Assembly: GCA_965203275.1 (NCBI GenBank)
Contig: OZ241865.1
Location: forward strand, 928,001-992,000
Reading direction: 5' to 3'
DNA: 64,000 nucleotides
Source of the DNA: Bdellovibrionales bacterium
GTDB lineage: Bacteria > Bdellovibrionota > Bdellovibrionia > Bdellovibrionales > JAUICD01
The position numbers and the translations under genes were made by a program. Positions 54,254 through 64,000 of the stretch are shown here, one piece after another. Position 1 is the stretch's first letter. Each line of letters opens with the position of its first letter. Under the pieces are notes generated by a model. That model was given only the letters and a program-made list of their open reading frames with translations, was not told the DNA's origin and ran no database searches.

Positions 54254-54874
54254 ATGAAGTTTTTAATTTTAATATTCTTAAGCATTTTCTTCTGCTCTAC
54301 TTTATCATTTGCAGAAAGCACATTGTTGAAAGTTGTAGGAGTGTCTGCGGGCCATGTTGTGACCAACAGAGACATTGAAATAGACACAATAGTAGAATCT
54401 GTCTTATTTAATACCACTTCTGATGTTATAAATGCTACACCAGCTTATAGAAACCAAGTTTTATTAGAATGGGCTGCCTATACAGAAGCCCACACTTTTG
54501 CTTTAAGTCGAGTTCCTACCTCAGAGGTCAATTCTCAAATGAGAACATTTCTTGCAAAAGTAAAATCAAATGAAAATTTGCATACTCGATGGACAAATCT
54601 ACAACCTTCAAGCTTTGAAATGAGATCTCTTATGAAAAGAAAGCTACGTGCTAAAAAATTTATGCAGTTTAAAGAGCAATCATCCCTAGTACCAACCACA
54701 GATGAAGAGGCTTTAAACTATTATCAAAGACATAAGAATCAATATGAGGACGCTGATTTTTCAGAAGTGAGTGATCAAATAAAGACCATGTTAAGCCAAC
54801 AAAGAGCTAAAAACAGAATAGAGCAGTGGCATCAAACTATGAAAAGTAAACATAAAATACGCTATGGGCTTTAA
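54254..54874 (+). CDS. Exported SurA N-terminal-like protein
   Basis: Signal peptide; 'VVG..GHVVT.RDI', 'TDEEALNYYQ', 'W...MK.K.KI'. Confidence 0.5.
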   Translation: MKFLILIFLSIFFCSTLSFAESTLLKVVGVSAGHVVTNRDIEIDTIVESVLFNTTSDVINATPAYRNQVLLEWAAYTEAHTFALSRVPTSEVNSQMRTFLAKVKSNENLHTRWTNLQPSSFEMRSLMKRKLRAKKFMQFKEQSSLVPTTDEEALNYYQRHKNQYEDADFSEVSDQIKTMLSQQRAKNRIEQWHQTMKSKHKIRYGL

Positions 54875-55065
54875 AATAAAAGATTCTCTTGTATTTTATT
54901 TTCATGGTGAGTATTTTTTACAATGAGAAAATTTATATTTTTGAAAATTTTGACAATGATCATCAAATTTGACTTGTATTATAAAAAAGAGTGTGCTTTT
55001 ATACTATATTGATGTATTATTAAAGTAAGTTCATTCAACAATAACCAATAGGAAGGAATACCATT

Positions 55066-55599
55066 ATGAAAACAAAACCTGCAAAAAAGAAAACAACAAA
55101 AGCAACTGCTAAGAAAACTGAGCAACAGAAGCCTTTGAAAAATCAACTGCAAGATCAACTAAAGGTAAGAAGTGCAGAGCAAAATATTTCTCGTCAAATA
55201 AAAGAAATCACTGCAAAAATTACCCAAATATCTAAAGAAAATCATTGGGAGTATTTACTAGATCATTTAGCCCATGATGAATTGGTACCTCTTTTAAGAG
55301 AGAGAGGCATTAAAGTAAGAAAGGCTTGGATACACTGTCAAGACAGAAAGAAAGAGAGAAGATGGGATATTGATATCTTGACGTATGGCAAAGCAGATAT
55401 GGTTGCAATCAATCTCTATCCTACTTTAGAAGTTGAAGATGTGGACAATTTTATAGATATGATCAAACAATTTCGTAAAGGATCTTCCTTATGTGCTGAT
55501 AGGGCTTTGTATGGGGGAGTGGCTTACTTTTCAACTTATAGACATGTAGAAGTTTATGCAGAAGAACAAGGTTTATTTGTCATACGTGTTCCAGGTTAG
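55066..55599 (+). CDS. DUF3782-like PD-(D/E)XK-fold protein with degenerate active site
   Basis: 'DIDIL', 'LEVEDVDNF', 'LYGGVAY', 'YAEEQGLFVI' similar to the 19.5/20.8 kb paralogs. Confidence 0.6.
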   Translation: MKTKPAKKKTTKATAKKTEQQKPLKNQLQDQLKVRSAEQNISRQIKEITAKITQISKENHWEYLLDHLAHDELVPLLRERGIKVRKAWIHCQDRKKERRWDIDILTYGKADMVAINLYPTLEVEDVDNFIDMIKQFRKGSSLCADRALYGGVAYFSTYRHVEVYAEEQGLFVIRVPG

Positions 55600-55634
55600 G
55601 CTTTATCTTATTTAGAAGAAAGGGGAGGTTAAAC

Positions 55635-56255
55635 ATGAAACATTTTGTTTTTTATGCCTTTCTCATGTTGACTTTATCTGGTTGTATGATGGGACTGCGG
55701 ACAAGAGAGCAGATCAAAGATACATCGCAATCCAATCAAGCTTCCTTAGAAGCTAAAAAGTATCAAAAACCAAGTGTTCAAACACAAATTTCTGAATTAG
55801 AAAGCAATATGCGAGAATTTAACGGAAAGCTTGAAACTCTTGAATATAATCTACAAAAACAAAAACAACAACCTACATCTATTTCAAAAGATATTATTGC
55901 TGAAATACGCCAGATCAAATCTCAAATAAGGCAAATTTCTGACAAAGTAGCTACTTTAGAGAAAAATATGTTTATCGCAACAAAAACATCTCCTCAAACC
56001 TTCCATTACTTAGAAGGGGAAGACCTTTTTAAGAAAAGACAATGGCAAGATGCTATTTTAGCTTATCAAAAATATAGAGATCAAAACCCTAATGGAACAC
56101 ACTGGCCTGATGCTACCCTCAAAATTGCCATTTGTTTTCAAGAACTCACATTGATTGAAGAATCTAAAGCTTTCTATACAGAATTAATCAATAAAAAACC
56201 TCAGAGTTCAGAAGCTCAAAAAGCTCAACGACGTCTCCAGCAACTGAAGCTATAG
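55635..56255 (+). CDS. CpoB/YbgF-like TPR lipoprotein
   Basis: Lipobox 'LSGC', coiled coil, TPR 'AILAYQKYRDQNPNG...DATLKIA.CF...FY.ELI...P.S'. Confidence 0.75.
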   Translation: MKHFVFYAFLMLTLSGCMMGLRTREQIKDTSQSNQASLEAKKYQKPSVQTQISELESNMREFNGKLETLEYNLQKQKQQPTSISKDIIAEIRQIKSQIRQISDKVATLEKNMFIATKTSPQTFHYLEGEDLFKKRQWQDAILAYQKYRDQNPNGTHWPDATLKIAICFQELTLIEESKAFYTELINKKPQSSEAQKAQRRLQQLKL

Positions 56256-56266
56256 GTTTTACTCAA

Positions 56267-56393
56267 TCCTGAGTTTGGTAGCCTGGCCTGCAAAAGTCTG
56301 CAAAAATAAAGTTGTGAGATTTCAATAGGTTATAAGCACAATAAGATTTTGTGCCACTAGAGGAATATCCCTTCATTTTTTATGTTTATTCCT
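56267..56393 (+). repeat. Element B copy (long form)
   Basis: Core plus GAGGAATATCCCTTCATTTTTTATGTTTATTCC shared with the 57.9 kb copy. Confidence 0.85.
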
Positions 56394-56554
56394 GGGATCC
56401 GGGATCTGATGCCGGGTTGCCAGATCCCGGATCCCGGATCCCAGATCCCCGATCCCGGATCCCAGACCCCAGATCCCAGATCCCAGATCCCGGATCCCGG
56501 ATCCCAGAGGATCCCAGATCCCGGATCCCAGATCCCGGATCCCAGATTCCCAGA
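56394..56554. repeat. Heptamer tandem tract (GGATCCC/AGATCCC) x ~20
   Basis: Read directly. Confidence 0.92.
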
Positions 56555-56582
56555 TAGACTCCAGTTCGTTGTTTTATTTTTT

Positions 56583-56798
56583 ATGTCACCATTACAGATC
56601 ACAAGAGAAAGATTATTACAAAAAGGCCTGCAAGAGAGATTGCAAGAAGGATTGCAAAAAGGGCGACAGGAAGAAAAACAAAGTGTCATCTTAAAAATGC
56701 TTAAAAATAATATGGATATTTCGACTATTGCAAAAATCACAGAGTCCACAGAGAACAAAATACGAGAAATACAGAAAAAACTAAACAACCTAAACTAA
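56583..56798 (+). CDS. Orphan Rpn C-terminal (RpnS-like) ORF or remnant
   Basis: 'LQKGLQE.LQEGLQKGRQEEKQSVILKMLKNNMDISTIAKIT'; no clear RBS. Confidence 0.5.
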   Translation: MSPLQITRERLLQKGLQERLQEGLQKGRQEEKQSVILKMLKNNMDISTIAKITESTENKIREIQKKLNNLN

Positions 56799-57041
56799 AT
56801 ATTATTGTTTGTTGGACAATCTGAAAACATTTACCTCCGAGTTTGTGAATACCTGTAGAGCATGTTATTTCTTTTTTGATTTCTGAAAACATTTACTCTT
56901 CGAGGTTTTGAATAAGGAAAATCCACTGAACCCTTAGTGACAACTGTCTCCTGACCAATATCAAACAACCTAGATATTCACTTATTCTTAATTCACCATT
57001 TATATTCTGTGGAAGATCAGGACACCAGTCTAATTCATAAG

Positions 57042-57704
57042 TTATCTTAAAAGCATCCTTGTCCCTGAATATTTAAGATGAATAATACATTCTTTTTCTA
57101 AATAATCACCCGTTTGTCTATCAAGGAGTGTATAAATAAACCGCTTTCTGTTATCTCTATCAAAATATCCCCCAGAACCCCATTCATTACTCTTACTTAC
57201 TGAAAATAACATAGCGTGATATCCAATAAGTAGAAAAGATGTAAGACCTCCAACTCCTAAAAGGACCCCTACTGTCTCTGCTCCAACAAATGCCACAAAA
57301 GGGGCAGCGATAAAAACTATGGCACCACCAGCTATAAAGGTTGTATAGATCGCATAGATAGCTTTAGGTGTATGAAAAGAAAACGGATATCCTAAATCAA
57401 ACTGACCTGCAAAATGATCTTGAATAATAGGGTTTAAATTTTCGTATATATCCTCTTCCAAGGCATTTCGTATGTTTTCTGTTATTATTAACTCTCTAAC
57501 TACTTGTCGCCGTATTTGTTCTTCTTGTATTGCTATTTCTCTTTTTTCTTCTGGAGTAATCTCACGAGGCTGAGGGAACCAAGGTACATAACCAAACTGT
57601 GCGTATGCATCTTGATATATAAAAATACTGAACATCAAAATAACTACATTGTTTATGTTTATTATTTGTTTAAAAGTTGACTTTTTATTCTTGAAATTTT
57701 TCAT
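57042..57704 (-). CDS. Hypothetical membrane protein, possibly frameshifted at its 3' end
   Basis: AAGGA RBS, signal/TM segments; coding-like sequence continues in other frames to ~56870. Confidence 0.55.
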   Translation of the reverse strand: MKNFKNKKSTFKQIININNVVILMFSIFIYQDAYAQFGYVPWFPQPREITPEEKREIAIQEEQIRRQVVRELIITENIRNALEEDIYENLNPIIQDHFAGQFDLGYPFSFHTPKAIYAIYTTFIAGGAIVFIAAPFVAFVGAETVGVLLGVGGLTSFLLIGYHAMLFSVSKSNEWGSGGYFDRDNRKRFIYTLLDRQTGDYLEKECIIHLKYSGTRMLLR

Positions 57705-57886
57705 TTATTTATCCTTCTTAAAATTACTCTTAAAATGACAGCCCCTACAAATCTTTGTTTTTCTAGTAATTCTGATGCAATCAATTGCATTGCTTTTTTA
57801 TTGATGTTTTTAGATTTTTTATAAACGTACTAAACGAGCCTTTAACTTTTGTCAAGGATATTTGATAAAGTTTTTTTGACTTATAA

Positions 57887-58070
57887 ATCCTGAGCTTGAT
57901 AGCCAGCAAAAATAAAGTTGTGAGATTTCAGCAGGTTATGAGCGTAATAAGATTTTGTGCCACTAGAGGAATATCCCTTCATTTTTTATGTTTATTCCCG
58001 GGTTCCGGGATCTGATGCCGGGTTGCCGGATCCCAGATCCCAGATAAACATCGTGTTAAGGAAAAATTTC
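57887..58070 (+). repeat. Element B copy followed by GGATCC heptamers and an element A tail module
   Basis: Near-identical to 56267-56430; ends CATCGTGTTAAGGAAAAA. Confidence 0.85.
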
Positions 58071-58241
58071 TTTCTTACACCTTTCGAGTACAATGGCTTT
58101 CACCATTGACAAAATGTATAAATAAAAAGTATTTTATAAACAAAATTAAAAATGATTGTGTTTACCAATTTTTATTAACAATAAGCATATTTTATGACAT
58201 GATACCTTAAAAACCAAAAAGTTAGAAACAGTTAGAGTGAA

Positions 58242-59390
58242 ATGCAGATGAATATAATAAAATCATTAGAAAATATGAATTGGGATTTCGTAGAAAGTAA
58301 AACAAATACTTTCACAAATACAATACACCCTTATCCTGCTAAATTCATCCCACAAATTCCTCATCATTTTATAAAAAAACTTTCAAAAAAAAAAGACATT
58401 ATTTATGAACCTTTTTTAGGAAGTGGCACAACAGCTCTTGAATCTAATATACAGGGGAGGAACGCTATTGGAAATGATATCAATCCACTAGCAGTTTTGA
58501 TTTCTAAAGTCAAAACAACTCCTATTTCTAACAAAAAGCTCTTATCCTTAAATAATTTAATGGATAAAATATATGCTCAAATTCATCTATTTTATACTGG
58601 TAAGAAACAAAATATTACAGAACCTCAGATTGTAAGGCTACATAGTTGGTTTGAAGATTTTGTAATAAATGAGCTTGTCATTATTCAAGAAGAAGTTAAG
58701 AAGATTAAAGATCAAAATCTGATTGATTTTTGTTTAGTCATTCTCTCTAGTATTATTATCAATGTTTCAAGACAAGATAGTGATACTCGATATGTCAGAG
58801 TATCTAAAAATATCAAGCCATTGGATGTTTTTCGTAAGTTTTCAAAACAACTTTATAAAATGAGAAAAATGATAACAGATTCTAATGATTTTATTAAAAA
58901 AGGTCAATCTGTTTTTAAGGTTGCTGATACAAGAAATCCTAATATCTTTTCAGAAAATATTGCTGACTTAGCCATCACATCTCCACCATATCCTAACGCC
59001 TATGATTACTACTTATACCACAAGTATCGCCTTTTTTGGCTAGGAATGGACACTTCTCAACTAAGAAAAAATGAAATTGGCTCTCATGCAGATTATTCAA
59101 AAAAGAATGGTTTAAATGAATTTCATTTTATGCAAGATATGAAAAAATGCTTTTTAAACACCAGTAAAATTCTTAAAACTAACTCTTATTTTATACTTGT
59201 TATTGGCAATTCTATTATAAAGGGCAGAAAGATTCAAAATAATAAAATTTTAAAGCAAACTGCACAAAATACACCCTTTCAATACATTACAGAATTTACA
59301 CGAAACCTCAATTTGAATAGAAAATCATTTAATCCTAAAATAGGTCGTATTAAGATAGAAAAAATTTTAATATTCAAAAATATGAAATAA
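58242..59390 (+). CDS. DNA amino-methyltransferase, probably N4-cytosine
   Basis: 'IHPYPAKFIPQ', motif I 'EPFLGSGTT', motif IV 'TSPPY'. Confidence 0.88.
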   Translation: MQMNIIKSLENMNWDFVESKTNTFTNTIHPYPAKFIPQIPHHFIKKLSKKKDIIYEPFLGSGTTALESNIQGRNAIGNDINPLAVLISKVKTTPISNKKLLSLNNLMDKIYAQIHLFYTGKKQNITEPQIVRLHSWFEDFVINELVIIQEEVKKIKDQNLIDFCLVILSSIIINVSRQDSDTRYVRVSKNIKPLDVFRKFSKQLYKMRKMITDSNDFIKKGQSVFKVADTRNPNIFSENIADLAITSPPYPNAYDYYLYHKYRLFWLGMDTSQLRKNEIGSHADYSKKNGLNEFHFMQDMKKCFLNTSKILKTNSYFILVIGNSIIKGRKIQNNKILKQTAQNTPFQYITEFTRNLNLNRKSFNPKIGRIKIEKILIFKNMK

Positions 59391-59393
59391 ACT

Positions 59394-60941
59394 ATGTATA
59401 ACTATCAGGTCAATTTTTCAAAATATAAATTACGAGATTATGAAAAGAATCTCGCCATTAAAGAATTTGAAAATCAATTTCCATTTGTAACGAATAAATC
59501 AATTAATAATAAGGGCATTTCTTTTACGACACATAAAATCCTTGATGAATTTAAACTTAAAAGATTAACTTTTTATAGTGAATTTCAAAACTCTCAACTT
59601 CAGAAATCAAGTGTTTTGACAAACCAGGTCATTTTAGAAAATTATCAAAAATCTACATTACTTCCTCACTCCTCAAGAGATATTCGCTATTTAACTCATT
59701 CTTTCCATGAATATAAAGGAAGATTTTATCCTCAATTAGCTAAAGCTCTTATGAACTATGCAGGCCTTAAAAAAGGAGATGTTCTTTTAGACCCTTTTTG
59801 TGGAAGCGGAACCACATTAGTAGAAAGCCTCCTTTTTGGAGTTGACGCTATAGGTATTGATATAAATCCATTAGCATATATTCTCACCAAAACAAAAATT
59901 AAAAGTCTTATTTTAAAAGATAAAGACTTCATATTTATTCAGAGAACATTTGATAATATCCAAAATAATTATGAATGGAAAGATATAAAATTTGAAAATT
60001 ATAATAATACCTTAGATATAGAATATTTAAAAAAATGGTTTCCAGAAAACAATCTTAAGAAAATAATATTTATTCAAAATATTATTCACCAGTTACCTTA
60101 TGAAACATCACAACTTTTTTCAAAAGTTATTTTAAGTAATCTTTTAAGAGAATTTTCTTTTCAAGAACCAAAACAATTAAGAGTTAGAAGAAGAACAGAT
60201 ATACCTGCTCAAAATTTAATTGAAACTTTCCAAGAAAATCTTTTATTTCAAATTGAAAGTCTTAAAAAGTTTCAATCTCTTAATATTTTTAATTTAGATT
60301 CAAAAATTGAAGTCTACTTAAGTGATATAAGAAAACTTATGAAAGATATAAATATTAAAGAAAATTCTATTGATGCAGTGATCACCTCACCGCCTTATGG
60401 AACAGCTTTACCTTATATAGATACAGATCGACTTTCATTATTTGCCTTTGGATTAGCTAATAGAAGAAAAATAAAAAAAATAGAGGATACTCTGATAGGC
60501 CATCGTGAAATAACTAAGTCACAAAGACTCTTATTAGAAGATGAACTTAAAAAAAACTTTAGAAAGTCTATCTTACCTAGAGATATTATAAAGTTATTGA
60601 AAAAAATTTATTTACTTAATAAAAATTCAGATGTAGGCTTTAGAAGAAAAAATACAGCAGCTTTATTATATAAGTATTTTCTTGATATGCACACAGGAAT
60701 AAATCAAATTTCCAAAGTTTTAAAAAAGAATAAACTAGCTTTTTTTGTTATAGGTAGCAATAGAACTATTGCAGGTGGTGAGGCAATAAATATTCTAACA
60801 GATGATCTAATTGCTTTGATTGCTCAAGTAAATGGTTTTAAACTTATTGAAAAAATTAACATGACTGTTCAAAAGAGCTATATGATTCATTCTAAAAATT
60901 CTATTAATAAAGAATCTATTTTGGTATTACAAAAAATATGA
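59394..60941 (+). CDS. Second DNA amino-methyltransferase, probably N4-cytosine
   Basis: 'THSFHEYKGRFYPQL', 'DPFCGSGTT', 'TSPPY'. Confidence 0.88.
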   Translation: MYNYQVNFSKYKLRDYEKNLAIKEFENQFPFVTNKSINNKGISFTTHKILDEFKLKRLTFYSEFQNSQLQKSSVLTNQVILENYQKSTLLPHSSRDIRYLTHSFHEYKGRFYPQLAKALMNYAGLKKGDVLLDPFCGSGTTLVESLLFGVDAIGIDINPLAYILTKTKIKSLILKDKDFIFIQRTFDNIQNNYEWKDIKFENYNNTLDIEYLKKWFPENNLKKIIFIQNIIHQLPYETSQLFSKVILSNLLREFSFQEPKQLRVRRRTDIPAQNLIETFQENLLFQIESLKKFQSLNIFNLDSKIEVYLSDIRKLMKDINIKENSIDAVITSPPYGTALPYIDTDRLSLFAFGLANRRKIKKIEDTLIGHREITKSQRLLLEDELKKNFRKSILPRDIIKLLKKIYLLNKNSDVGFRRKNTAALLYKYFLDMHTGINQISKVLKKNKLAFFVIGSNRTIAGGEAINILTDDLIALIAQVNGFKLIEKINMTVQKSYMIHSKNSINKESILVLQKI

Positions 60942-61309
60942 AAATTACACTCTTAACTCATCAAAACCATATAGGACAAGCAATTGCTGAAGCACTAAAG
61001 AGTAAAAAGTACTCTTATTTTAAAATCATTGTAGCCTATTTACGATATTCTGGTATAGGTCGTATTTACAATGAACTCAGTAAGTTTATTGAAGATGGTG
61101 GAAAAATATCTGCCATTGTAGGTATAGATCAAGGGAATACTTCCTATCAAGCATTAATAAATATGAAAACTTTTGCTAAAGATAAGCTTTTTCTTTGTCA
61201 TCATAAAAATTTCAACATCACATTTCATCCTAAAGCTTATTTATTTGGCAATAAGCATATTGAGAAAGTATTTATAGGCTCATCTAATTTGACTACAGGT
61301 GGACTTTAA
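60938..61309 (+). pseudogene. Truncated PLD-family restriction endonuclease
   Basis: 'VAYLRYSG', 'VGID', 'FHPKAY...IGSSNLTTGGL*'; stops before the expected N-x-E and has no recognition domain. Confidence 0.75.
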
Positions 61310-61315
61310 ATGTAA

Positions 61316-61726
61316 TTATTTGTTGAGGTTGTTGAAAAATTGAATCTCCCTAGCAGCTGCTTGAGGACTATCACTACCGTGGACGGCATTTTCTCCCACA
61401 CTATCACCATATAATTTTCTGATTGTACCAGGGTCTGCCATAGCTGGATCAGTAGCCCCCATAACTTCCCTTGCCTTAACAACAGCATTTTCCCCTGATA
61501 AAATCATTAATAAAACACGGCGAGAGGACATAAACTCTACAAGCTCTGAGAAAAACCCGCGTTCCTTATGTTCTGCATAAAATTCCTGACATTGTTCTTC
61601 GGTGAGCTGGATTAACTGCACATCAGATAACTGCAATTGGTTTTCTTCAAATTTCTGTATGATGGCTCCAATGACATTCTTCTTTATGGCATTGGGCTTA
61701 ATAATGACGAGCGTTGATTCTAACAT
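61316..61726 (-). CDS. ndk: Nucleoside diphosphate kinase
   Basis: 'TLVIIKPNA', 'FYAEHKERGFF', 'MGATDP...PGTIR', 'NAVHGSDS'; ATG at 61726 with AGGAG RBS. Confidence 0.96.
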   Translation of the reverse strand: MLESTLVIIKPNAIKKNVIGAIIQKFEENQLQLSDVQLIQLTEEQCQEFYAEHKERGFFSELVEFMSSRRVLLMILSGENAVVKAREVMGATDPAMADPGTIRKLYGDSVGENAVHGSDSPQAAAREIQFFNNLNK

Positions 61727-61908
61727 ATTTATTTTCTCCTTTTTATTATAGAAACCATAAAAACTATTTAAAACACATACTTTACAAAATAATAACTTTT
61801 CATTTGCTGTATAGCAACTAAAAAACACTTTTCTTTCTATAAAGATTTTCTATACGGACTTATCCAAGGCAACTGGTTAAATTTCTAAAGTTAGAAATCA
61901 TAAAATAA

Positions 61909-63606
61909 TTATTTTTTAATGTAATTATAAAAGGCCAATAAGCTTAAAAATAAAGCCATAGCAAAGCCAATACCACTAACTAGCGGCAATCCTAGAAAGC
62001 TTTGAGATGAAGGGGTATTAAAAGACAATGCCAAAGAAGAAGCTATAATCATTCCACTAATAATTAATCCAAGAAAAAATAATTTAGAAGAATTATCAAT
62101 AGTACGTCTTAAATGCTTTATTTCATTTATTTCCACAGGAAACTTATAAGTAGGTGATCCTATTTTTTTAATCCACTGTCTAGTTTGTCCTGGAGCCTCT
62201 ACTAAAAACCCAATAGTATCTTGCAAAAAGTACCTTATTTCTGTGAATTGAGCATCTATGTTATTATATTTTGATTTAATAATCTCTTCTGATGCCTCCG
62301 TAATCTCTTGTATTAAGTCAAAATCTTTAGATATTCTACGTCCCATTCCATCTATAGTCACAATAGACTTAAAAAACATCACTAACTCCACAGGCACTTT
62401 AATATGATGTTTTGCTGCCAAACCTGTCGCACTCATTAAAAGATGACCACTATTGATATGCAGACCACTAAGACCAAAATAAGGAGCAATGAGATCTCTT
62501 AATTGTCTGGCAAACTGAGTAATATGAATTTTTTCATTATAAGGAGCTAAATCCACAAATTGATAGGCTAACCTGTCGTAATCTTCATTAATAAGGGCTA
62601 TACACATACTAGCAATAGCCTGTTTGAGAGGTTTACTTAACCGACCTACCATACCAAAATCCACAAGTCCTATTTTGTTATCTGGCAAAACAAAAATATT
62701 ACCAGCATGTAAGTCTCCATGAAAAAAAGAATCAGAAAAAACCATTTTTACAAACATTTTCACACTGTTTTTTAAAAAAAGCTGTGTGTTAATTTTCTCT
62801 CGCTTAAAAGCCTGTTGATTATTTAGAGGAATACCTTTGATCTCTTCCATCACTAGAATATGCTTGCATGATAAGTCTACAAATACTTGTGGTATTTTGA
62901 GATATGGACTGTCTTGAAAGTTCTTTTGAAATCTGAGCGTATTGCCTGCTTCAAAGATAAAATTTGTCTCTAATTCCATAGCTTTAAAAAACTCATCTAC
63001 CATTTGATGAGGATTATAAACACGAGACTCAGGAATGTATCTTTCTAATAAAACAGCTAGAGTATCTAAAGCATTTAAATCATTAGCTATGGTCTCTACA
63101 ATGCCAGGTCTTCTGATCTTTACAACAACCTCTTTTTGACCTTCTTTTAAAGTCGCTCTATGTACTTGGGACATACTAGCTGAAGCAAATGGTTTTTTAT
63201 CAAAAAAACTAAAAGTGTCGTTTAATTTTCCAAAATGAACTATCAACGAATCTTCGAGGTCTTCAAAACTCACAGGTTGCACTTGGCTTTGTAATTTTTT
63301 TAATTCTTCTGCTAAGTCTGGAGGGATCAAGTCTGGACGGGTTGAAAGCATTTGTCCTAATTTAACAAAAGTTGGCCCTAGCTGTTCAAAGCTCATGCGT
63401 ATTCTTTGAGGTACAGAAAATTCTGCTAGGTCTTTGTTTTGAGCAAGCCATTTAAAAGACAATCTATCTAAAATTTGACGGCCAATACCAGCTTGTCTTA
63501 GTATATCTTGAAATCCATGTCGAGCTAGAACAAGAATAATCTCTCTGAGTCGCCTGGCACTTTTGATATTTTTTGCTAGTCTTTTGCTTTTTTCTAAAAG
63601 TCCCAT
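61909..63606 (-). CDS. AarF/UbiB (ABC1) family kinase
   Basis: 'LGPTFVKLGQMLSTRPDL', 'ASASMSQVHRA', 'VVVKIRRPG', 'FFHGDLHAGN', 'DFGMVG', two C-terminal TMs. Confidence 0.93.
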   Translation of the reverse strand: MGLLEKSKRLAKNIKSARRLREIILVLARHGFQDILRQAGIGRQILDRLSFKWLAQNKDLAEFSVPQRIRMSFEQLGPTFVKLGQMLSTRPDLIPPDLAEELKKLQSQVQPVSFEDLEDSLIVHFGKLNDTFSFFDKKPFASASMSQVHRATLKEGQKEVVVKIRRPGIVETIANDLNALDTLAVLLERYIPESRVYNPHQMVDEFFKAMELETNFIFEAGNTLRFQKNFQDSPYLKIPQVFVDLSCKHILVMEEIKGIPLNNQQAFKREKINTQLFLKNSVKMFVKMVFSDSFFHGDLHAGNIFVLPDNKIGLVDFGMVGRLSKPLKQAIASMCIALINEDYDRLAYQFVDLAPYNEKIHITQFARQLRDLIAPYFGLSGLHINSGHLLMSATGLAAKHHIKVPVELVMFFKSIVTIDGMGRRISKDFDLIQEITEASEEIIKSKYNNIDAQFTEIRYFLQDTIGFLVEAPGQTRQWIKKIGSPTYKFPVEINEIKHLRRTIDNSSKLFFLGLIISGMIIASSLALSFNTPSSQSFLGLPLVSGIGFAMALFLSLLAFYNYIKK

Positions 63607-63631
63607 GTTTTTCCTTTTTTTTTGAGATTTT

Positions 63632-64000
63632 TTAGGGAAGGATAAAGCTAATTTTTCCAGACTGAATCTCTATTTTACTGATCACAACCTTGATGCTATC
63701 TCCTACGTAATAAACTTTATTACTTTTACAACTAGAAAGATACAAATAATTTTTATCAAAGGTAAAGGAGCTTTTTTTCCCTAACCTGGAAAGTTTCAAC
63801 AGACCATCCACATCACATTCTGGCAATAAAATAAAAAGACCAAAGCGAGTGATAGAAGTAATGATACCTTTGAACTCCTGTCCAAGAGCCTTCCTCATAA
63901 ACTTTGCTTTTTCAATTGTCATAATTTGCCTTTCAGCTTTGACAGAACGTTGCTCACAAGCGGATAAATGCTGACCTATAGAAGCTAAGTTTCTTTTTTT
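63632..64000 (-). CDS. rnr: Ribonuclease R, C-terminal part (S1 domain); runs off the window edge
   Basis: 'SACEQRSVKAERQ...KAKFM...GQEFKGIITSITRFGLFI.L...DGL...GDSIKV'. Confidence 0.8.
   Translation of the reverse strand, partial: KKRNLASIGQHLSACEQRSVKAERQIMTIEKAKFMRKALGQEFKGIITSITRFGLFILLPECDVDGLLKLSRLGKKSSFTFDKNYLYLSSCKSNKVYYVGDSIKVVISKIEIQSGKISFILP

Overview
AT-rich bacterial chromosome segment. Gene content is suggestive of Bdellovibrionota/Oligoflexia and the ankyrin expansion suggests possible host association; both are inferences. Housekeeping genes: AI-2E transporter, cNMP-binding protein, BatE-like TPR-SH3, STAS, sufE, purH, prfB with its +1 frameshift, ABC ATPase, TonB-like, CpoB-like, ndk, UbiB/AarF kinase and the 3' end of rnr. 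A minus-strand rRNA operon (16S-tRNA-Ile-23S) has no adjacent 5S. Interspersed are many defence-type loci: a PHP-ATPase (Ppl/TrlF-like) translationally coupled to a Schlafen/AlbA_2 protein; a second AlbA_2 gene preceded by a ~23x30-bp hairpin array; a four-gene Zorya type I-like operon whose ZorD ends in an HNH nuclease; Rpn genes with internal or orphan RpnS-like ORFs; two tandem SPPY methyltransferases with a truncated PLD nuclease; and several R-M remnants. The most striking unexplained signal is non-coding. A ~105-155 nt dispersed repeat (element A, roughly 25-30 full or partial copies) varies strongly in sequence between copies, yet its four helices are preserved by block-wise compensatory changes. 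It is repeatedly joined to other copies at one identical nucleotide, interrupts genes and supplies stop codons. A second dispersed repeat (element B, 5 copies) and GGATCCC/AGATCCC heptamer tracts are also present.
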